DNA of 63,913 nucleotides, filler included, from Pelomyxa schiedti (lineage: Eukaryota > Protista > Evosea), in assembly GCA_020536535.1 (NCBI GenBank). It is 15 parts of 15 records of this genome, joined end to end, with 100 filler letters (N's around TTAATTAATTAA, not from the genome) between each part and the next. Parts side by side here need not be neighbours in the genome. Positions count along the whole stretch, not along the records: positions 28,975 to 43,089 come from JAHLWZ010001174.1; 14 more parts are not named here. The stretch is one strand, 5' to 3'. A program made the translations under genes and the position numbers. Of this stretch, positions 29,315 to 42,833 are shown piece after piece. Position 1 is the first letter of the stretch; the number at the start of each line of letters is the position of its first letter. Below the pieces are notes generated by a model. It saw only the letters and a list, made by a program, of their open reading frames with translations. It searched no databases and was not told the DNA's origin.

Positions 29315-30587
29315 TCATGTCTGGCGAGTGTGAGGCGGTCGCGGCTGTTCGGGGGCACTCGAGGTGGTTGATTGTACATGTGATGAGGGTGTTGTAGGCT
29401 CCTCTTTGATAGTGATGGGCATTGGTGTGACCAGTGTTGTATCTGGTTCTGAGTTCGTAACTTCTGGTGCTGGTGCTGGTGCTGGTGTTGGTGTTGGTGT
29501 TGGTGTTGGTGTTGGTGTTGGTGTTGGTGTTGGTGTTGGTGTTGGTGTTGGTGTTGGTGTTGGTGTTGGTGTTGGATTCGCCGACCCATCTTTGTACATA
29601 CATTTGGGATTGCGTTGCTCGGCCGGCTGCGGATGGTTGTTGGGTGTTGGAACTGTGATGGTTGCTTTTGGTGCAACTGTGGGATTTACAGGTGATGTCC
29701 AATTCAGGTCAGTATTTGGTTGTGATCCCTATTTCGGCGCGTTACTTTCATGTTGTTTGTACTGTATTTACCTCATTTTCTGATGTGTCTTTGTCTTTTC
29801 CATCACCTCCATCTGTATTCACCTCACTCATAGACTCATATTTGGATTCCGAGCGAGCTCTGTGGTTACCCTTGTGTACGTAGTATATATGTGAATACAA
29901 GTTCTTTACTGCGGCGCACCGTGACCTGTAAAATGACCACCCAGGTCTATCATATGTAGTGCATCTTGGGCACATGTATGGAGAATTCTTATCCACCGGA
30001 ATTGTATGAGCTGCTTCCTCATATGCAGTCATTCCCTCAGTTTGGAGTGTTCCGGTTGTACTAGTTACCGAGTGTTCTGTTAGAGCACAGCCACGTTTCA
30101 GTCTCTGTTGATCTATGGCATATTCTCTGCTCCGATCTGCTCTAGTTGTAATATTCCGTGCCTCTACCGCCTGCCTCTCATAAAACTTGGAAACGCCGAA
30201 ACTGTCTTGAATTCTACGGTCTCTCTCTTGTGGAGTACGGGAGTCAGAATAATCAGAATCACTGTCTGATGATTCGCTACTCGATGAGGCAGAATACTCC
30301 GAGCCGGAGTTCGACTCCGAATCCGAATCTGATTCTGAACGCGAGTCTGACTCTGAGCCGCAGTAGTTCTGCTGTCGCGGTTTCTCCGGGTATGGATGGT
30401 GTCTGCGCCTATTCCTGTGCTTGTATCGCACGTGCTTGTACAAACTCTGCACGGCGTGTAGCCTAGACGGATACAGCCGCCACCCCGCTCTTTCATAGTA
30501 AATCGTGCAACACGGGCACTGATATGCCTTGTTTTTCTCTTTTGGCACAGTCGAAAGGGCCACCTGATATGCTCTCATTGCAATCAC
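29315..30587 (-). CDS. Protein with two long-spacer C2H2 (BED-like) zinc-finger modules and a (PT)n tail
   Basis: Cx2C-x24-H-x4-H and Cx2C-x23-H-x4-H in a duplicated module of about 55 aa. An intron near 29731-29771 joins to the PT-repeat exon. Start uncertain. Confidence 0.6.
29465..29575. repeat. (TGGTGY)n hexamer microsatellite encoding Pro-Thr/Pro-Ala repeats
   Basis: About 18 tandem hexamers directly visible. Confidence 0.95.
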
Positions 30588-30809
30588 GAAAAGCCTGTGT
30601 ACAAAAAAAAATAATAATACTGATAAGACAATATTCTAGCTACACTACTGATTGTTCAATTGCCGTATCTCGTGATTTTAAACATACCCTCGTCGTGTTG
30701 GCGTTGGCGTATCCGCTCGGCTTTTTTTTTCTTTTTTTGTGTTCTTTTTTTCAAACGAACAAACATCAAAGCGTCGTTCAGAGAAGATAATAATAGCGAG
30801 ACTCTGGTC

Positions 30810-33800
30810 TTATTCATTTTGTACAATGGAGGAGATAGCAGATAGAACTTGCGACATCGAGGCCCTGTTCGCGGGTGTGTGGTGCCAGCACATGCGCATC
30901 GCCTGAGGCCAAGTTGGGTGAGAGAATCTCGTCGGCGTTGTTGGCGGCGGTTCCGGTGATACTCGGCCGGATATAACTGCACTCCGGAGCAGGTGTTCCT
31001 CCAGGATTATGGTTGTGCTGGTGTCGCGGGTGCCGCTACTGTTGCTGTTGTTGGTGTTTGTGCTGCTTGCTGTGGTGGTTTTTATTTTGCAGAGAGTTGG
31101 GTCACCGATGAGGTGATCAAAGGGTGTTGCGAAGGGGTTGATGATACAGGAGCACAGCATTCCAAAGCTCCATACATCGGCTTTGGTGTCATGTGTGTCT
31201 CCTGAAAGCACCTCGGGTGCAAAGGTTGATACCTGTTCTGGGTGAGAAATTGAATGAATTTGTTTTGATTTGTTGCTTGTTGGTGAGTTGGGGGATTACG
31301 TTGTGTCTGGCTCCTTTGCTGACTCCGGAGAATAAAAATTCGGAAAGACCAAAGTCAGCTATCTGATACAGAATTAAGAATTAGAGTGTCGCAGAGTGAA
31401 GTCGTTGCTTGGACTCACTTTTGCCCAAGGGCCAGTATCACCGGGATCAATAGAACAAATGAAGATATTTCCTGGAAGAAATAATTAGTTGGGTGTAAGT
31501 TATAACTTTTTCTACCTGAATGCAGGTCATTATGTGTTAGTGGTGGTGTTTGGCTGTGAAGGTGTTCGAGCCCTTTTGCAATATCGAGAATGATGTTTGT
31601 CCGTACTTTTTCACAGAGAACCAGATCAAAGTCATCTAGCAGGGTCTCTAATGTCCCACTACAAGCACGATCATCACTAGTGCCGCTGCGTTTTGATGCC
31701 CAGTTGACTCCAAGGGAAATGATACCTTCAAGATCAGGTTTGGCGATGCGGTCAATTCCAAGTAGTTCCTTAATGGCGATAGGAATAATAGGAGATATGA
31801 ACTCCATTACGAGCCATAATACACCCTCAGCCTCACCGGGTATACTGACACCATGAAACGTAACCAAGTTTGGGTGTGCTGAGATCGAGCTCATCATTCC
31901 TGCTTCATACAGGAATTCAATTAAAGTTTGTTCCAGGGCTCTTCTGGTGGAGTTTCCTGCGAGAGGTTCCTTGACTGCAACTATATTTCCATTCCACTCT
32001 CCTCTCATAACCTTTCCAAATCCACCTTTTACTGGTTCATTCGCAGTGCCATGGCTATGTGAAAACAAGGTAATTTCGGTTTTGTCGATAAGGGGTAAGT
32101 TGACCATGGCGATGTCTGGTGCCGCATGGAACACATCCGTGGCATGTTTAGCAATAGAGCTATTGTCGTTGGCTTTTACTTGTTAGACGGAAAAAGGACC
32201 GCGGACTCTTACCAACATGATTTAAGACACCACTCCCAGATTTTAAGGAGTTCACACAGTCAACAACTGTGAAACTGTGAAACATCTCTCGGGATACAAG
32301 AATAGCCCCAAGATGGGTGAGTGCTGTGACGGAGATGCGCTCCGCATTCTCTCCAAAGAAGAGGCGAGTTAGGCACAGAGGACAAATGACGGTCTGAACC
32401 ATATTTCTTTCCATGCTTGGATAATAACCTCTTATAAATGATACTATCACCATCATCAAGTTGGAAAGTGCATCATCTTTTTTACGCTTCAGGATGCTTT
32501 GAGCCTCCTGATCGCTGGGGGTTTTGTGCATCTTAGCCTCAATGATTGCCAGAGTGCCGGACTTCTCATTGCACAGTATAGCACAGTTGCTTCTGTGGAT
32601 TTGCTCTGAAGTAAAATTCATGCATATTCCCATCCTCCACATATATGTAACACTAAAACCAGTGACTCCAACAATCCTCAGCATCAATCTTGAGAAAAAT
32701 CCTATCGGAATGAAGTCGAAGGAGAGCAGCCGCCCCATTAGTTCCACTTCAGATGGAAGAGCTTTTTCACACCCATTGACTTCAGCTGGAAAGTGTTCTT
32801 GAGGTGTAATACTTCCTGGAATCATCTTAGAAGTATCGAAAGCTAAGGACGTAGTCATGGCAGATGCAGTAATATCCTCTGAAGTCAATGTGGGTACCTT
32901 ATGAAGGAGATACTGCACGTCGTCTGTCTCTTCCTCATCGGGGAGCATACATGCCACCAGTACTATTCCCCCTGGCATTAGATGAATAACCTCAAACACT
33001 GTCAATAGGTTCAGCAATGCATCCTATCCTACTGATGAGAAATAAAACTGTGCACTTCGAATTTTAACCTGAATTGACTTTGGAAATTGTTGCTCAAAGA
33101 TCATTCTCAGTTTTGGGAGTGGTAAGTAGCCACCTTTAATCCAGCCACTGCGACCAGAGATACTAATTACACACTTCATTACATCAGATAGCCAAGCCGG
33201 GTTTAAAATGATCAGTTCGGACAGAGGAACATCAGAGCAGTTGGTGCTAGCAAGACTTGTTACTTTCTTAGTTTTAGTTCTCTGCATGATAGCTTCGGAT
33301 ACAGATGAAGCGGCACTTGTGTAACCTGCAAGAGTTTGAAAATTTGGTTCATCACTTGATGTGCTAGATGGAGTGCTAGTTTCTCCCCGAGCAGAAAGAA
33401 AATGAATAAGTACTCCCGAATCTGGACTTTATGAATTGCGGCCATGATAAATGAAGAATACCTGCCAGAAAGTCTGCACACATTCTCAGTTCTGCAGAAT
33501 TCTCCTCGGTATCTTTGCTCACTCCAATACCCGCAGCAGCAGCCAATTCACAGAACCTGTCCCAACAAATAGTTTCCTCTGAGCATCCACCCAATCTAGC
33601 GTGAAGCTTGGCCCACTTTAAGGGTACGATTACTTCAGTGTCACTAGATAGTTTCATGAGCCTTTGGGTAAATTGGGTGAAGCCTGTAGAACTGCTAATA
33701 ACTTCTGCATGAAATGTTTTTTGTTGTGGCGTGACTTGAACGACAGTTCCGTCAGCACAGCTCAGACAAAATAAAGAGCAAAAGCAACCAGAAGGTTGAT

Positions 33801-36800
33801 GTCTTACAACCTGGGTGAATAAGGAAATTGCTGTGTTCAGATCAGGTGCTTGATCTAAATGTGTGGCAACGAGAACAATCTTTGGGGGACTGCCACTTGC
33901 AGGAACAGAGGCATTGATCTGATTTATCCAATATGTTATTTTGCTGCACACAGCAGTGAAGCCGACTGCGCTCAAAGTTTTTGATTTCAGTGCCGAGGAC
34001 TTCCCAGATGCTTGAATTCCTTCAGCAGCAGAAGCGGTGAGGTCAAAAACGATGAGGAACAGAGCATTGCTGCATAAGAAGAATTGGTGACTTGGGTATA
34101 AAATCTCTTGTTTTAGTCAAGTGAGTGCTTATTAAAAAAAAAGAATTACTGATACCTTGGCCTCCCAAATCCCATACCACCCACTTGGCAGTCCCAACTT
34201 TAAACTTCTTTATATTCACACCATCAGTGGCAACATTGGTTTTTACTGAGGTCTTGGATTTCTTTTCCATGCACTTAGTGAGAGTGGTTTTTCCAGCAGC
34301 ACCATCGCCAACAACAATAAGTTTTCTTGTGTCCCATACAACAGGCTCTTCACTGAATCGAAGGAATTTCTTGGTCTCAGACCACGAGGAGCGAAATCTA
34401 ACTGGAATATCACTAAGGGGATTCCTGTCAAAGTTCACAATCTGAACACAATGCAAGGAGTAAGGTAGAGAGTTCAGAGCATTGTAGGACAAGTCCATGG
34501 AACAACATTCCAGTGAAGCGAGAATGTTGCCATTAATATTAGTCAGTGAGAGGCCTGAGAGATCCAAGTGGGCATTTTTTAGAGTTTTTGCGAGGGAGAC
34601 TTCTAATACAGCATCCCAGTTTCCAGCTCGTACCCATTCTCTTACAAAGCAAGCAATATTATTCCTTATGGTGGTTATGACTGACTGGGTAGTTACAGTC
34701 TTGTTTAGAGTCATGAATTTGTGGAGAAGTGCTCTTGCATGTGGGGGACTGAAGTAGTGCAGGCATGTTACCCTTTCTTCAATCAAAAACTTTATCAGTG
34801 CGTGACTGGAAATTGGAAGGAAAACGGGTGGTGTTTGTTTTGCCATAACAGCTTGAAGGAGCAGGGAGATTGTGTCATCCTCATCACTGAAAACAACACC
34901 TCGGGGGAAATGGCTATAGTGCAGCTCAGCAACAAGAACGAGCTTTTGTATATCTTCGAAGTCGCCACGTTTTAAGCAGTCCCATATCGCTCTTGCGAAT
35001 GAACGTTGGCACCAATTCAAGTGTCGGCCGGTTACCTCTGAGCCTGGAGTGTGTGCATTCACAGCTGGGGATTTGATCAAATTCTTGTTATCACTCAGTA
35101 TATCTTGTGGGAGGATGTTTGTTTTTGCTGGCAGAGTGGATACTGCCAATTTTGGCGCCAATTGGATGGTGGACACTGTGGCGGATCGGTTTTCAGGCCT
35201 TTTCCGCTGGGCTTTTGCAGTTTTGTGTGAAGCCCAGAGTCCAAATCGTGTTGCAACCTGGGGGAATATAGCCTGGGCACGAGTACAAACTTCTGAATCT
35301 TGTTTAGTCCCAACCTTCAGTTGCCATAGAGGCTTTGCGGGGTTGGAAACTATTTGCCCGATGGAACATAAAGCAGCAGATCCAAGATGGAGAGAGTGGA
35401 GAGAAGTAGTGGCGGAAAATACCGATTTCCATTCTGTAAAGGAATCACCTTTTGTGAATTCTGACCCTGATAGGAATTTTAGAGAAGACAATACTTTTGC
35501 AGGTGGATACCCTTCAGAGATAAGTGACGAAGTGTCCCATTTGTGGCTAACCCTTTGATTAAACTATTCGGCTCAAAAGAAATATCTTTTTGAACAGTTA
35601 CGTTTTGTTTACACAAATGAAAAGGTGACATACCTTCCAGAATCAGTTCCACAAGAGAGTTATTTTTTGCAAGCAAATCACACCACCAGGCTAAATTTTC
35701 CGCAGAGCGCCCAGAACCGCCACTGCACGTGCAGCGCGAAAGGTTGAGATGTGCAAGGAAGTGGTTGTTTTCCATGCTCAATGCTATTGCATGACCAGAT
35801 CTGGGGTCAATGTGGAGTCCCTCTTGTAAGAATAAGACACACTTTTTTTCAGTTGGGTGTAATAAATCTTTCCATATGGAGTTTAGATACCAAGGTTCAG
35901 ATAAGTCAATGATTTGTTACAAGTTAGCGCCTCGAAAATTGGAACAGCGGAGTCAGAAATGTTGTTGCCTGGAATTAGGTTAGATGCAGTATATATGCTA
36001 GAAAATCAAAAGTGCAAAAAATACAAGCCAAGTTGAGCCATGATAAAGTTTTGTTGGACTTTAAAGACTCTCCAATTGGTCCAGTATTGCTCACAAGATT
36101 TTCTGAGGAACAATAGACTTGAGAGAGCTATATATTTTGGAATAATCAACTTGACAAATCCAAAACAGTGAGAAAAGGTGAGAAGCTATCACATAAGTGT
36201 GCACCAAGGAGATTATCTACGTATTTTTGGTTTTATTTAAAGAAAAGGGTATCTCTACCTCTTAAAATAAGATGCGATAAATGGCACTGCTTCAAACTGG
36301 ACCACAAGGTGGAAATTTCTTTATCTGAAATACTGTTCTCTGGCTTCCATGAGGGAGATAGAAAATCATTCTCAAAGTGGAAATACCACTAACAACAAGT
36401 TTAATCAATGATGGATGAGCTTGGAGGGAATGGATAATATCACCCGCCTTCAGTGAGATCCTACTTCCTATAACTGTAAAGAACAAGCATTTAGCAGTCA
36501 CAATACCTGTAATATTGAGCTTCGTCAATGATGTGTTTTCTGTCAGACTCGGACATATATTGGAGACAGTGTCATCCATCTTGTTTGCTAGAATTTTGAT
36601 TGGTTTAACTGCCATATTCTTTTCATAATTATGCCAATGTACCTGTAAATTTCAAAGTCTTCAAAGTGTTATTAAAGTGGAATGTGTCACAAAACTTGAT
36701 CTGAAAATCTATTTATTGAACTCATAAGAAAATGTGGGATCCATCTTGGGTTTACTTGATAATTCAATAACGTCTAAAGTCTGGTTTGAACCCAGTGATT

Positions 36801-37983
36801 GGAATATAGCAGTAACACATGCACTAGCATCAATTTCTGTACCACATACAGATGGTACTGCTCCATATTACTTTACTTCGAAGGGATATTTATATGGCTA
36901 TATAAAAAGCACCTACTAGAAGAAAGTCTCAAGTACTTAAGAGACTTGTTACTTTCCAGTATTTCACCAATGGCCAAGGACCCTTCATCAAGAGCCTTAA
37001 GTCCTGCAAAAAATGGATATTGAGTTACAAAATGTCAAAAACAAGTATGCATACTCAAAGATAGGAAGGAGACTTTTGTGTTTTTCTTCAAACCTTGACA
37101 CAAACAGGAGACAAACTGGCTGCTTAAGTTGGATTCTAATCATCTGGTAAGTTCAGAAGAAATGAACAGAAGAGTACCCAGAGATATTAACAAGTGAGTA
37201 AGTTTTGTGTTGGTTTCTAATGCACTGCAGAGAGAATCCATTGGGAAACTGTCTGTCACGATCATCTTCCAAAGAAAGTAAGAAAGACAAAGCCATCAGA
37301 ACCATAACAAACTAACACAGTAACCAACGGTAAACTTTTAACTGTATTGCTCAATACTAGAATAAGACACTTATGGGGGTTGAGGTAGTACATGCCTGGC
37401 AGAAAACATGGGAATTTGCTTTGATCCTGTTGAGCATCTCCCTAGCACGCAGCTCCTCGTCAGTCAAGTGGTGAAGCACATTGGACTGCGCGTGAACGAG
37501 CCTGTCAAGGTGCTTCACTGATCCAGCCCTCAGTCTGAGCTGCTGCTGCTGTTGCTGTTGCTCGCGCTCTTGAGTATCTTGCTCTTGGTGTTGCAGGGGT
37601 AAATGCTCGTCCTGGTCTGGAACCTGGGGTTGGTTTCCTTGTTGTTGCTCTTGCCGTTGCTGTGTAGTGTTCAGATTCGCTACGTCGCCTTCGGCTGTTG
37701 CAGGTTGCGCGACCAGGGCGTCGTTGCTGGGCGGTGTGTTTTCGTTGGCGGCTGGTCGTGGTGACTCCAGCGGGGCGGCGTCGTTGTCGGTGGTGCTGCT
37801 GCTGGTGGAGGAGGCGTCGTGGTCTCTGGCATCGCCGCCATGGTGATGGCGGTGGTGACTGTGCCGCATGCTGCGGGCCGCAGGCTGCGCGTCGCCACCG
37901 GCGTTGCTCGTGGGGACATCGGCATCGCTCGGCGCTGCCTGAGGAACACTGGCCGCGTCGCCTCCCTTTTCGGCGTCGTCCAT
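30810..37983 (-). CDS. ROCO protein: LRR - Roc GTPase - COR - kinase, multi-exon
   Basis: RNI-like LRR exons; Roc GDGAAGKT, ATDGV, WDLGGQ, VATHLD; COR LNPAWL, PIGFFSRLMLR; kinase GGFGKV, VAVKE, HNDLHSGN, ADFG, APE, DVWSFG. Confidence 0.92.
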
Positions 37984-38017
37984 TCCCGAATCAACGAAGA
38001 TTGCTTTTTTTTTTCCC

Positions 38018-40967
38018 TCAGAAGAGCGGTGTTGTTGGTGATGCTATCATCGACTTTGGTTCTGGGAGTGGTGATGGGGGTGATGTGTATGGAGTGAGGG
38101 GAGGAGGGGACATAGCAGTGAGAGGAGGTTGTGGGAGTGGTGGGGGTGGTTGTGGTTGTGGAGGTGGGGGGACTGTTGTGGTAATGACCAAGCCTTGGGT
38201 TGTGTTTATGCCGATGCTGTCAGTAGGGAAGGGGCCGTCAAAGGGTATGGCAACAGTTTGGTCAGGAATGGGAACACTCATGGGATTGGCAGCCGTGGGT
38301 GTAGAAGCCGGAGGAAGGGACATAACCATTGGTGGAGGGAATAGAGTTCGGTGTTGCAATAGAAGCATTTCGTGTGGCCACGGGCACTGGGCACTCCCGG
38401 TGGCAAGTGCACTCCAATTTATTGAAGCAAAGAATGGGTGGCGCTTGATGGCCTCAAATCCCCCAGTTTCTGAAATTATCAATCCGGATTGGTTTTAAGA
38501 AAAGATAGAGACTTACCAGGACTGCCGAGCCTCTTTTCTGGGTCACAGGCAAGAAGTTTTCGTATGATATCTTGTGCGTGAAATGAGAGAGCCACACTGG
38601 TAAATCCACAGCACAGAACCACTTCTCCACATAATATTCGGGCGTAAACCACAGCATCACTCTCTGCAGCAAAAGGTGGGGTTCTAGGGGAAAAAAAAAA
38701 GAGTGAGAACTAATTTGAGACCTTTCAAGAGAATACCCTGTGAGCATCTCACACATCAGGCAACCAAAACACCACCAGTCTAGTGCTTTACCAGTTTTTT
38801 GCCTGCAAGTCTGTAAGAGTTCGGGTGCTACGTATTCTGCAATTCTCCCAAGGAACCCTTTTCTATGGAAGGTTTGAACAAAGAAAAAAAACCATCATAC
38901 ACACTTGTTTGATAAGATTGTGCATGAGGGCATGTACTTCAGTAATGGGAAGTGCATCAACTTGGCATGACCTTTGTCATCAAGAAAAATGTTTTCAGGA
39001 ACAAGATCGCTTTTTTCGTGAGGAAAAAGTGTTAGGAGAAAGTTGCTTACCAATACACCATGTTGGCAGCATGAAGCTGCTCAAGTCCGAGTGCAATCTC
39101 ACCCAGTGTGAATCTGGCGTAGTCCTCATTCCCAATGTACAATCCCTAGTTCAAATGTCATAAATTCGATTGGTGGCCACAAACAAACCTGTTTTATGTA
39201 GGAATAGAGGTCACTGCCAGGAGTGAATTCCATCAGGAAGTAAAGATGCACTCCATCGTCAAATGTATAAAACCTAGAACTTCTTCAATTTTCATAAAGA
39301 CCAACGGATATTGGGGTCTATCCACACAGTTTTGCTAGAAAGGGGGACATCAATTGTGATTCTCTCCACTTTTCTGCTCGAAGTGAGGCATTTGGACCTA
39401 TTGGTGATGTGGAGAGCTTCCATATTTTCATGCAAAAGTGCCGACCGCTCGTTATGTGCTGGCAAAGATGCAAGTCCCCCCACAAATCTGAATTAGGTTC
39501 GGTCTCGTTCAACTGGTATTGATCACCGCCAACATCTGCACACTTCATAAAACAATGGAAGAATATCACTGACGTACATAGTTTGCATAGCACGGTAAAG
39601 TCCGCCAGTGTTGTTACTTGGGAGGTCTGTGACTGTGGTGTTGTATGACTTTCAGGTTGTGAAGTTTGCACAAATAGAGAATCCCGCCCATCTTGCCTAC
39701 AATCAGATAGATAATCTAGAGAGTATGAAAAAAAAAATACAATCCAACTGTAAGTTCTTGCCATTTAATATAGGGTGCTGCTCTTGCGGTTGCTGCTGAT
39801 TTGGGTGGCAGACTAAAGGAAAAGGAGCAGGTGGAGGATATGCTGCACGAATATGGGGAAGAGCATATGGAAACGTGGCTACAACAGTGCCCAATATTCG
39901 AAGCAGCACACTGCGGAGGGATTCTGTTTGTTGGACAACAAGCATAAGTTCACTGCTTCCTGGGGTATTTGCTTGCTGTGGGTCACAAAGACTGGAGGTA
40001 GAACTGATTGGCGGTATGCCTGGTGAATGAATTTCCGTACTGGTACTGTGGGATGACGTAATAGGATGAGAAATAAAGGCATCTGTTGGGACTGGGAGGG
40101 GCTGTGCTGTTGCATCTTGGGAACTTATGTAGGCGGGAATAGCAAGAACCTAGGTTTATTTGTAAAGAAATAATACTTTTTTCCTAAATTAATGAATGGG
40201 CTCACCGCATTTAACATGGAAAGGGAGCAAAAAGCTCTGGCACTGTAAACAAACGCACTGTCCAATTGCTGTGGAAAATGTAGGTATTTATTTCCTTCCC
40301 CAAATAAAAGATCGGCCCTTGGCATGGATGCACAAGCCATATTCTGAAGGGGATCACTTCCCAGTGTCGGGGATGATGACGTAGGGGGCACACTAAACAC
40401 TGCTTGCTGGGGTACTGATAACTGCGGATTGTTCTCGCCTCCAGAATTTAGAAGGAACTCGGGACCAACAGGTACAGGCACAGAGGGCCAGTTAACTAGC
40501 TCTGCAGCAGCTGAATTTTCCCTCGTATCTTGACTTTGATCTCCGCCTCCAGAACATGACCCTCTTGCTTCTTCCTCAGCCATAAACGCGCAGGGTGGTT
40601 TCCCAAGCAGAAGGGGAGTGTCAGTGTTTGTAGGGAGCGATCCAAATCTCGTTACACGTGTAGCCTTCCTTCTCGAGATCACCACTTGTCTCAAATTCTG
40701 CTCTATGGCCAACAAGGTTGCCAGGTCCAAGCTCGAGAAATCAAATCCACTCACCAACCCAGTGGTGTCACAACCAGATGCACAAGGCACAAAAGATGAC
40801 GGGGCGTAAAAGCAGTCGAACGCACTGAGTTGTTGCTGGTTTGGCAGAGCCGGATCTACGCTGTTATTGTCCGACAGTGCAGTAGTAGTAGTATCCGCTG
40901 CAAAGCTGAGATCTCCACCAGGACAACTCGTAGTTTCAGCACACACGACTGTTAAGGAACGCGGCAA
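38018..40967 (-). CDS. AGC-group (PKA/RSK-like) pseudokinase with long N-terminal extension, multi-exon; start uncertain
   Basis: Spliced PFLAKLFYTF..HLYFLMEF..GSDL, YCDLVPENIFLDDKGHAKLMHFP, EYVAPE, LDWWCFGCLMCEMLTG, PPF, LLACDPEKRLG, IKRHPFFASINW. Confidence 0.85.
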
Positions 40968-42183
40968 CGAGTCCTCCGCCGTTTGTTTATTCTCTCAAGA
41001 TCCCCACGGTTCCTGGCACATACAACGTTTATTGTCAATTTCTTTGCGCCCTCCGATTAGTGACATGTGGCACAACAAAACCCCTGCCCAAAAACCGAGT
41101 CAAATGGCCGTTCCCGTTTTCGTTTGTACGATGACTTGGACCACCTGTGCACTCGAGTACCATCCAGGTTTATTAGCTCCGCTACGCCCTGTATTTGCAA
41201 GGCCACATCCGTGAATTGGTCGACTTCGCGTTAACAGATGGGTGTAGGTCAACACCACCAAGTGCTGAATGGATGTAGTGCTGAGAATTGTGTGTTGCTT
41301 GTCTGGCAACAGACTGATATTTAGGATTGGAACAGAGAAAGTGACAGGAAAAAAAAAGTTTTGTTGTCATTATGCGAAGTAGGACTATGGGGAAACCAAG
41401 ACCTTGAGGAGGGCATAGTGGTTCTCTTGGTCAAGTACTTGTGGCAAGTGCGTGAGTGCTGACTGTTTAAACAAAGGGAAAACTTACTGCACTTGTGAAG
41501 CTTGTTGTCAACACACTCGTATGTCCAAGGCATTTCAGCGTGATGCTCACAGCACATGCCCCTTATTTCCCTAAGCAGGCATATAGAACCTACGCGCTAA
41601 GATTAATTGCCTGGTTGGCTGTGGAAAGTGGGCACACTTTTTTCTCCATCCATCATGATTCTAAGCAGCTTGTTGGGGTCCACTGGCTCATGTGGAGCGG
41701 AGGGAGGAGGAGTTGGATCACTAGACTTCATTGAGGGCATGGCATTGAAACCAAAGGTGATCGTCTTCTCCAAACGTTTCAGCAGCTTCCACTCTTGTTC
41801 TTTGAACGTCTTTTTGAGCGTGGGAAATCGTAACCACAAAAGAAAGAGAGGAACCTTGAATGTACACGCTATGGCTGCTCCATTTGGTCCAGAACATAAT
41901 TGCCAATATGTGTCGTACTGTGTTATCAGCGCCCTCTTCTTGAATTGAGTGATAACATTACAGTATGTGATATTATAACCTCATCCTCCAGAGCTTTGTT
42001 CAGTTTTTCCAGTATTTGCTCCATACTTCCTGTGACGGGTTGTTGTGCTTTGGAGATTATTTTTTTCACTTGTCAGTTCTCTGTGGTGGACCCTCCTATA
42101 AAGCCACTTTGACATCTCAGCCGGGATTTCATTTCACAGGTTTCCCTCTACCACATTCTCAGTGAAAGAAAGAAAAAACAAAA

Positions 42184-42833
42184 TTATACTTGTTCATTTT
42201 TGTGGCCAAGGATTTTGCATATAATTCGCCTATACCACAGATGTGCAAACAGAACACCAGTAACTATGAGCCAAGGAATCTCAACGGCCATTGGGATTGG
42301 TGCCCAGGACACGCTGGAAAGCTTTGCCTCCACATCCGCTGTTTGACCCCAGAGAGTGGGATACACCACCCCACTGGCCAGAATCACCCAGGCACCAGAT
42401 ATTGCAAACCACAGACAGGCAATGTACACAAGTGGAGACGCGGGATTAAGGCGGAGCGCTTGCCGGAAGTGCCCGTGGCCAATGCAAACAAATGCCCTTG
42501 TGGTTCCTACAAGACCAAGTTATCCACAAAGGGAGGGATGTCATTGGCTGAACGTACCACAAAACGGGCACAGCCATCCAGTTGCGAATCGGAAGGGACA
42601 CGGCAGATAAAAAGAAACAGCCACTCTGCCATCTACCATTCCTGCGCGCAAAGAGTCATGAGTCATTCATTTGTATGCAAGTGACACGTGCGACCACGCC
42701 AACGCAGAACGGAATGTTTACAAACAACGATACTGGCAGGCAGGATAACGGAGCCAAGCAACGCTATCCACGAAGCAGCCGTGGCCCAACATATCCCACA
42801 ACTAAAAAACGGTACCACGGACTCTAACCACAT
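42184..42833 (-). CDS. DUF2752-family membrane protein, 2 introns
   Basis: Splicing out 42507-42557 gives LPCPFRFATGWLCPFCGTTRAFVCIGHGHFRQALRLNP, flanked by TM helices. Confidence 0.8.

Noticed and set aside
29107-29783. Poly-QH, poly-NT, poly-VG and poly-LV ORFs
   Set aside because: Alternate frames of one hexamer microsatellite.
40968-41066. In-frame TGA upstream of the pseudokinase ORF as possible selenocysteine or read-through
   Set aside because: More simply explained by a short intron or a later start; no SECIS evidence.
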